A DNA stretch of 64,000 nucleotides, taken from assembly GCF_964355755.1 (NCBI RefSeq), contig NC_092673.1, positions 19,465,648-19,529,647 on the forward strand. The letters run 5' to 3'. Shown piece after piece: positions 41,901 to 50,900 of the stretch. Position 1 is the stretch's first letter; each line of letters begins with the position of its first letter. This DNA comes from Antedon mediterranea. Taxonomy: Eukaryota; Animalia; Echinodermata. The notes under the pieces are model-generated. The model saw only the letters and a program-made list of their open reading frames with translations, was not told the origin of the DNA and searched no databases. The translations under genes were made by a program, and so were the position numbers.

Positions 41901-44900
41901 AACCTCCTTGGCGGAGGTAATAACTTACTAATGCACAAAATTACAGAGTCAAATCTCACACCACAAACGTCAAAAACATTTTTACAAAAATAACATTTAA
42001 TATTTTTGAAAAAAAAAACATTTTAAAATCAACTTTTGACTTATTGCAAGTTAAATGCATACCCATTACACCTAACGCCTGCAGTATTTATTAGTGCACA
42101 CAGTGGTAAGACAGAACAATGGAGAAAAAAAATTCTGAATGAGATTTTCATGGTAGGAAAATTATACAGTAGATAGTAGTACTAGTATGCACTCTAGTTA
42201 GCCAAATATTTTGATTGGAAATTTTAATATATTTAAAACAAAAAAAAATTACTATTCGCAAAACTATTTTACTTTTAGTTCTTTTACTCTATTAAAGGGA
42301 TTTTTTTGTATGTGTCAGGTTGTTCAGGAACCAGCAGATGACTATAATATTGTTAATGACAATAATAGTGATGGCAACCTCAACAACAAAGATGATGATG
42401 ACACCCACAACAAAGATGATGATGGTTTGTAACTTTGCTAATTACTGATAATAACTAAATCAACAATGATAATGACAACTTCAATAATGATATTGACAAC
42501 TAAATGTTATTGACAACCACGGCAATAATAATACATAATGAGAACTAAATTTGTAAAAGCACAAGTTAACGGAGTACTTACTCGAACGTTTCGATCTCTA
42601 TCAGAGATCCTTCTCAACTGACTGCGGAGTGTTAATGCAGCTTGGTCATTCTTGACGTCATCTGTTGATGACGTCGTACGCCTCCGGTTGTATGTTGGAG
42701 GTTGTGCGGGGCTCGGCCAGGTGATGTGTCTATCAAATCATTGTACAAATGCGAGAGTTCGTGGGCTCCAGTGTCCCGGTTCATGGTCTTCTCTTTATTT
42801 CTCCTTATATGTAATGATTCTCTAATCTGTCTGTCTTTGCGTTTAGGCTCTTTGGTTAAGATGGTAGCCTCCCAGTTTGATAGACACATCACTCCGTTAA
42901 CTTGTGCTTTTACAAAAACGAAATTTGTCATCTATACAAAATCGAAGCTAAATGAAATTCTTTCAAGAGAACTAAATTGTAGTAAGAAATGATGAAAATT
43001 ATGATAATATTGATAATAATTATAATTACATTAATCTTTGCATTCTATTTTATCTACAGAGACTGAAACTATTCCATTTGATACAGAACAGCAGTTAGAT
43101 AAAAAAACACTTGAGGAATTTGAGAAAAATAAGGAGAAAACCTTAGAAAAAACATTCAACATCTGGGATCATGGAGGACAGTTGATATACCATGGTATAC
43201 ATCGGGTTAGTTGTGATATGTACTGTATGTATTGCCTTTGATTGATAGTCCACTACACATGTTTTATTTTTAGTTATCCGCTTGGTATACCAAGCGGATA
43301 ACTCCTTGTTATTGTATGAGATCAACATTTTTTTTCTGTATTATTCTTCTTTCCATCCTTCCTTTTTGTGGATCGCGTTTCTCTAAAATGTGTAAACATA
43401 ACATTTCATAACTTTGACAACATATGGGCATTTACGTGAAGTTGTGCACCTCCTATTTTTGAATGACGTCATAGTTGCGCAACGTGACTTACGCGCAATT
43501 TTATGAATTTCAATGATTGATCATAGATTAAAAACCAAAAGTCATTTAGTATTGACACTTTGACAAAATTTAAGTCATATCAGGGGCAAACTTTCTACGG
43601 ATTAGAAATGGCATGTTTCACAAGAAGTTACGCACGCACGCGCATTTAAAATTTCAAAATGCGCAAAATTAATTTCTAATCAACTTTTTATGCGTTTCTT
43701 GTCATTTTGAGCATGTCAAAAATTCCCACGGGCGCGCAATTTTTTACGCACGCGGTGCGCACGTAGCGTTAAAAACATTTTTTTTTTCTTGAATTATATT
43801 TTTCAAGTCTTTCCTAGTAATTTTGAAAACAATTTAGACCTTTTCCAATTTAAATAACGCCACACGAACACGTTGAATTAAACATTTCATGCGCGTTTTT
43901 TATGAAAAAGCTTAAAAAATCGTCAAAATTTTGTCTTTTTTTAAACAGTCATAGTTTCTAAAGTAAACCGTGAACCGTTTATTTTTATTACAAAATCTAG
44001 AAGTTGATGAGTTGTAGATATCGGATCATGCATCGATAAGGCTAAAAAAACATTGTGACGTCATCGTATGGCCACACGAATGTAAAATATAGGATTTTTG
44101 TCTCTTTCGTTATTGCTCATCACATTCAATGGAGCGCATCACGCTTATCTGTTTTCCTTTTTCTCCTACATTTATACATTGTGTAGGTCAATCAACTTTC
44201 TTTAGCATGAGATAAAAATATTTTAATTTTTATGACGTCATCATGCCTAAAAATTTTAATTACGTGGGTCATTAATTTCATCTTTACAGTAAATTTTATT
44301 CTGTAATAGCTCGTAAGAATAAAATGTGATAATCACGATTAAAACGTTTTCTGGAAGCAATTGGATTGTAGATACGAATTCATGTAAACATTTTGCCAAT
44401 CGGATGTTGTGACGTCATCATATGGCCAGTTGAATAAAAAAAGTTGTATTTTTATATTTTGCGTAATAGTTCATCACATTTAAAAGGGTGCGCATCTATA
44501 TTTTACGTATTCAAATTTCTTCTACACGTTAATATGTTGTTCCTAAGATAATTTCCTTCTGAAATTGCTATCTAAGTGTTTCATTTTGATACCGTCGCCA
44601 TGTTAAAAATTGGAATAAATGGCGGGTCCCGTAATTTCACCTATTCTACACTGTATGTAATATGTATACAGATTATACTGTTTGCATGTATATACTATAT
44701 GACACAAAATTGACAGAATTCAGCACTAACAGCATATCATATTCTTCAGTTCTTGTCATAATGCCATAATCTTTATCTGTGTGCAATATTCCAACGTATG
44801 ACGTGCACGTGGCGTTTGTCGTGGTGCGGATAACTAACTCGTCAAAGTGACGAGTTTCATGTCTAGTTTATATTATCGTTTCTTATTTAATGTCGTTCCC

Positions 44901-47900
44901 TGAAATAAAAGAAGAATTTATGAAAATGAATTAGTTTTTTACTCATAAGGGGTGTTTCTGCAGAGAAGAATTAATTTGATAAAAATTGTATGAACAGTAA
45001 TCAAGTTGTTATTTGTTCAAAAGTTGTTTATTAATTAAACTCTTTCTTACAAAGTAAAATAATTTACATTTGTTTATATATCAAAAATCCTTCCAGTACA
45101 GTATAGTCAATCAAAATTATATTTTTCAGATTTTTATGACATTAGAAGCACTTTACATTGTGGTGTTTGATCTCAGTAAAGACCTTGATGATCCTGCTAT
45201 TGTCATTGATTCAAATGGAGTAAGTATTTCAAGACCATTTAGGCATTGTCCTTGTTGTAGTAAAAAGAGTCCTGAGTAGGACTATGTTTTATCAATTGCA
45301 AAAAGGCTGACTATTAAAGATGGTATTTCATACCTATGGGATGACCTGCGAGAATTTATATTTAAAATACTAAACAAATAAAATTTAATTGACTATTTAA
45401 AAAAATAATGACATAAGGATTGTGTATTTTTTTAACAGAGAGAATATCGGCATCATTGGACAAATCTTCAGTTCATATTATCTTACATCCTGTCAGTTTA
45501 TTCTCATAGCCGTGATCTAAGAAAGAACATGCAGAAGGACGTTCACCAACCAACTATCCTTATTGTGGGTACACATAAGGGTAAGCTTGGTGAGACTGAA
45601 GAACAACAAAATGTTGAGGTTAATAATACTTTTAATTTTTGCATCATTAAACATAGCTGCAGCCATGAATACATTGATAGAGTGAAGAAAGTAGATAAAG
45701 AATCTACTGGAGTACTGTATCAATTACTTAATACTATAGTCATATAAGAAGTTTTAAAATATTTATTTAAACAAAAATTACATTATGATATAAACATTTT
45801 TTGTTTATAACCAGGCAAAGAAGAGGTTTAAAAAGATTCGAAATGTGCTTAAAGATAAACTGTATGAAGCACATGTATATCACCGATATTTTGCAATTGA
45901 AAACAGCCAAGAAACAACAGATGAGAGCTTCAGCATTCTAAAAAAAGTTGTTGATGAGTTCATGTCAGATTTAGAAAAGCCTATTCCTTTAAAATGGATG
46001 CGTTTTCGATGTGAACTAGATGATCTAAGAGGAAAAAAACACTTTTCTTTGTGTCCTTTCAAAGAGGTAAACTTTATATTTTATAAAATTATTATTATAG
46101 TATACAACGTATTGAATTAAGAATTAAATGAGAAATAATGTTTGTCAACAGAAATATTATTGTTATATTTTATCTTTTATATTTACAGCCATTAAACATT
46201 TTGAATAAATTTACTTAATACTCACCTAATAAAAAGAACATTTTGTTGATTAATTTTTGCTTTCTACTGCCAAACACATGATTTGTTTTGTTTTATTTAT
46301 TTTTTAATAAATAAATGGTAATGAACATACCCTTAGTTTGTGGGAATGTTTTTGTTTTATTTCTTGTTATGTTGAGTGAGACATTTGTAGGTCAATCGTG
46401 AAATAAAGTATTTGTACATCTGATGACAAAATGGTCTAACACCCATAATGCTATCCTATGCAGTTCTTGTACCACACTTCTTTATATCTTCTAAACTAAG
46501 ATACCAAAGTGATTTTACACTTGAATGTTTTATTTACATCTGAATATAACTTATTATTTCTTTAGCTTAAATTACTGGCTGGCAAGAATGGTATTGCTGA
46601 AGATAATCAATCAATCCTTCTTAACTTCCTGTATGATCTTGGTGAAATTGTTTACATGCCTGACAACAAATTATTGAAAGATAAAGCGGTGTTAGATCCG
46701 ATGCAGCTGGTTGAAATTGTTACTGCTTTTGTAACAGTCATTACACCTGAAATTCCAGTAAGTGGGTCATATGGTATTCAAAATTGTAAGCAAGTGTTGG
46801 TGTTTTCTTGTTCCATGGGGAAATAATTGTTTCTAATATCAAAAAATAGAGGAACATAAAAATATATAGCCATTAAATTTTTATTGTTGAATGGTATGTT
46901 TATTTATTATGAACATGGTCATTGTGTCTATAAAGCAATGATCTATATTCTGAAATTTTAGTGTGTTTTAATTTCTCAACATTCCACTAGCCTCACTCAA
47001 TAACTAACTTTTTAATCATTCAATAAACAAAAATCATAAGTATGGCTAATATGTAGTGTTTTTTTTATTAGGCGGCTATAAATAGAGATGCCTTTGATAA
47101 ACTTGACAGAGGCATACTGGAAGAAAGATTGTTGCGAAAATTATGGAGCGAGAGTAAAGTTGACAAAGGAAAGAATTTTGAATTCCTTGTAGCACTGATG
47201 ATTCAATTAGGTTTCATTTGTAAGAGGAAGACAACCAGCAGCCAAGACATAAAGAGTAAATCTAAGGTAGGTTTTTATTCTTTAATTTTTCCCATATGGT
47301 TTTCATGTAAAATTACATGTTTATTTCCAACTATATTTTTTTGTTAAACTTTTTACCTAAAACAGTTTTTAACATATACATGATGTGATGTTTCTTTACA
47401 AGAATCTAAATCAATTATATAGAAATTTTCAATTTCAGAAATCGGTTGTGAAGCGATCATTTTATGTGCCACTACGCCTTGCTTTTAAGACATCAACTGA
47501 AGTGAAACCAGTACCTGATGAATTTCCAGCTATCAGTATCTATTACGACTTTGAGGGATATCTGCCAGATGTATTGTTTCCATACATGATTATTGATTTC
47601 CTTAACAAATTTCAAATGGAAGAAGTTGACCCAATACTCTTGTATAATCATGCTCAACTTTACTTCGACCAAGACCATCATGTGACTTTATCTCTCGTCA
47701 AATTCATAACTAAGGAGGATAATCGAAAGTTCTTGTTAAAGGTACTGTATCATGTTTGATATCAGTGCTTGATAAATAATCTGAATTGCTAGTTTGTTAA
47801 TAGTCAGAAGCAAAACAATGCCATTAACAGCTGCAAATTATCATGTAGGTTCATATTTGAACATATTTCTTATCTCAATCTTTTCACTGTACTATGTGTC

Positions 47901-50900
47901 ACAACTATTTCCTTTTCTTTCCAGGTGACTATTAAAAGAACAAATACTCTTGCTGAAAAAAGTAATGAAGAACCCTCTTCTGAAGCATGTAAAGAGGTAT
48001 GTTATCATCGTCTTTTTAGACGTTTTTGTTATATATTTAATTAAAAATCTATAATAAAAAAATAACAATTAGAGCCGATTTTTTTTTAGCTGAGCTAGAA
48101 AACCCAATGGAATGAAAAAATTATTTGGGAAAATTTAACCAGGAAGCAGGAAAAAAACAGCCAATCAAAAATACCTTAATAAAACTTGACCTTGATTCTC
48201 TACCACTTCATTAAAAAGTATATTACACAAGGTAGAAATTAAAGGATTTAAAGAACAATAAATAAATTCATCTTATCTTTTTGCAATGTTCTATAAATGT
48301 GGGATGCTAGCCAAAAGCCTATGTTTAATAAAGTTATTGTGTGGAGTTAATAATTGTTAATTGCATGTTATTGAAAATCATTAAAAAATATATCTTCAGG
48401 TTTTATCAACAGTTGAGATGTCATTTAAACAATCTAAAGATGGCGGTAGAAGAGGAATTCCATTCAAGAGATGTATTCCTTGTGATTGTAGTCTTACATC
48501 AAAAAAGAAGCATTTCCAATTTGTTAAAGATTTTCAGCGCAAGTCGTTGACATGCAGCAAAGATGGCATATTCATAAAGATGGACGTTACACGTTACCAT
48601 CTGTTGTTTGGAAGTAAGAATAAAAACTGTATGCAATAGAGAGTTAATTTTAGGAAATTTAAAATGTTTCACTGTATTGTATATCCTCTATATAAGCATT
48701 GAATCAATATCTTTTGCTGTATGTCTTATATAATTACACATAGTTTTTACTTTTGTGGTAATGGCGTAAACAATCCAAACCTGCCAGATGATGATATATG
48801 TTGCCAAAATAAACTCATTGTTTAGTAGCCCTCTAATTCATCATGTTGTTTACTCGATTTGCTAAACATTTGAACCCACTTGTACTTGTACACATTAAAA
48901 TGGATTTCATATATATATTATAGTAATAATTAGTAATAGTAATTTAAATTCTGTTAAATAGAAAAAAATAGATTCATATTATTTCTAACTTTATTATTTT
49001 TATAGGAGGTAAAGAAGGGCCTAACAAAGAGCAATCAAAACAAGGTATGACAAGTAGACATCAATTTTCTTATGCTAAACTAATCTCTAGTACTGGTTCG
49101 CGAATATATAAAGCGTACATAACTTGAAATTGTCAAAAGCGCAATTAAGGCACTCCACACATAATACCGACATGATAGAATGTACCGTATGTAGTTGAAT
49201 ATAATTGTGTCCATACATGAAACAAGAAAACAAAACAAATTTGGAAAATAAATATTTACACATTGAAATACAGAATCTAATTCACGCTCACCAAAAATGC
49301 ATAAAATATTTATAAATCTTAGCCAAAATAAAATTGGGTATGGAAAGAAATGGGATCAAAAATCTAATTTAACATACTATTAATTATTTATAATGTAAAA
49401 CAGTTGGTGAAAAATACCTATTCGGGGCAAATCGTTTAACCTAAATTTGCTTTAATCATTATTAAATAATTATCTAACTTAATTAGTAGGCCTAATGGAT
49501 TTCAATTTCTGGTACAATTTAGTACAGAAATTATACATACGAATAAAACTTTACGTCCTATAAAAACCTACTTTGTTACGTAAATGTATACATACCCTTA
49601 TACGTACGCTCGTGCAATTTCCCATATGGACCAACTTTATATACCATCGAGTAAAAATTCTAGAAGTAATGCACGATTTACCGAATTGTACCCTTGCATA
49701 AATTTACTTATAGATGAACAACATTTAAATATTGACTGGATTAGCTCCCTGGTTTAAGTTAATAGTAGAGTGTGAACTGGACAAATATAGGCCTACTCAC
49801 AAGCCATTAACATGCACATACTTTTACATTGATGGGTAGAAACCTGTAGGTAAATTTGTTACTACAAATAAAACCAGTTAAACATTTATACTTTAATATG
49901 CTTAACTCCAAATTTCCACATGATGATCATTAGTTCACATCATCAAGTTTGTGACTCTATTAAAGGCCCATTTACACTAGGATGATACAGTAAATATATA
50001 GACAAACACACATTTTTCATACATAAAACAAAAGAAATCTAAAGAGTTGTTATCATAGAACTATTTAGGATAACCATGTATGCTTTTTTTGATGAAAATA
50101 ATATATTTTCCCACCTCCAATCAAATGATGTCCTGATTTAATAAAAGCAATAATATTGTTTTTAGTGATCATGATTATTACATTTTTATTATAATTTCTT
50201 TTGTAATTGAGCCTTAAAGCTGATAATAATTTGTGTAAATTTAAAATATTTATATTACTTTTATTTTGTGTCTATAATTGTAGTTAAAAAAAAAAATGTG
50301 TTGAGCTGTAACTCTACCTACCATAATAAAAAAAATGACTATGAAAGAAGGAAAATATATAAACATTAAACTTTCTATAAGTATCTAGTGAATGATCAGT
50401 TTTCAATTGGGATACAGATGCATCGCATCTAGAACAATATAAATTAGTTTTGCTGCTTATTTTTGTCTAGACTAAATTATAATAATGCAAGGTGTCTTGG
50501 ATTACAGAAATCTCAGAGGATGATTTCCTGCAACTGTTGACTGATACAGCAGAGTGGTTTGATGGACTTGGATATCTCAAAATATTGAAAGTCTTATATA
50601 AAGACCATCTGAATATTAATGTGGAGATGGAGAGAGCTGGAAGTGTTTGGGATCTACTGCAGTATTTAAGAGCCTCAGGAAATTTGAAGCCATCAAATCT
50701 CACTATTCTGTATGACACAGTAAAGATAACCCAGCAGTGTGGCTTTAAATCAAACGTTGAGAATCAACCTCCAGAAGATATTAAGGATCATGTGGTATCG
50801 ACGCTGTCACCTTTCAGACAGAAGGTTTATCAGCTGGGAGTGAAACTGAGAAAGAATGAAGTATCAAAACTTGCTAGGTTATTTAACAGCAGACCTACAG

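Noticed and set aside
749-48613. Genes A and B as uncollapsed alleles
   Set aside because: Extensive amino-acid differences, exon-length changes, different intronic insertions and unrelated 3' ends indicate paralogs.
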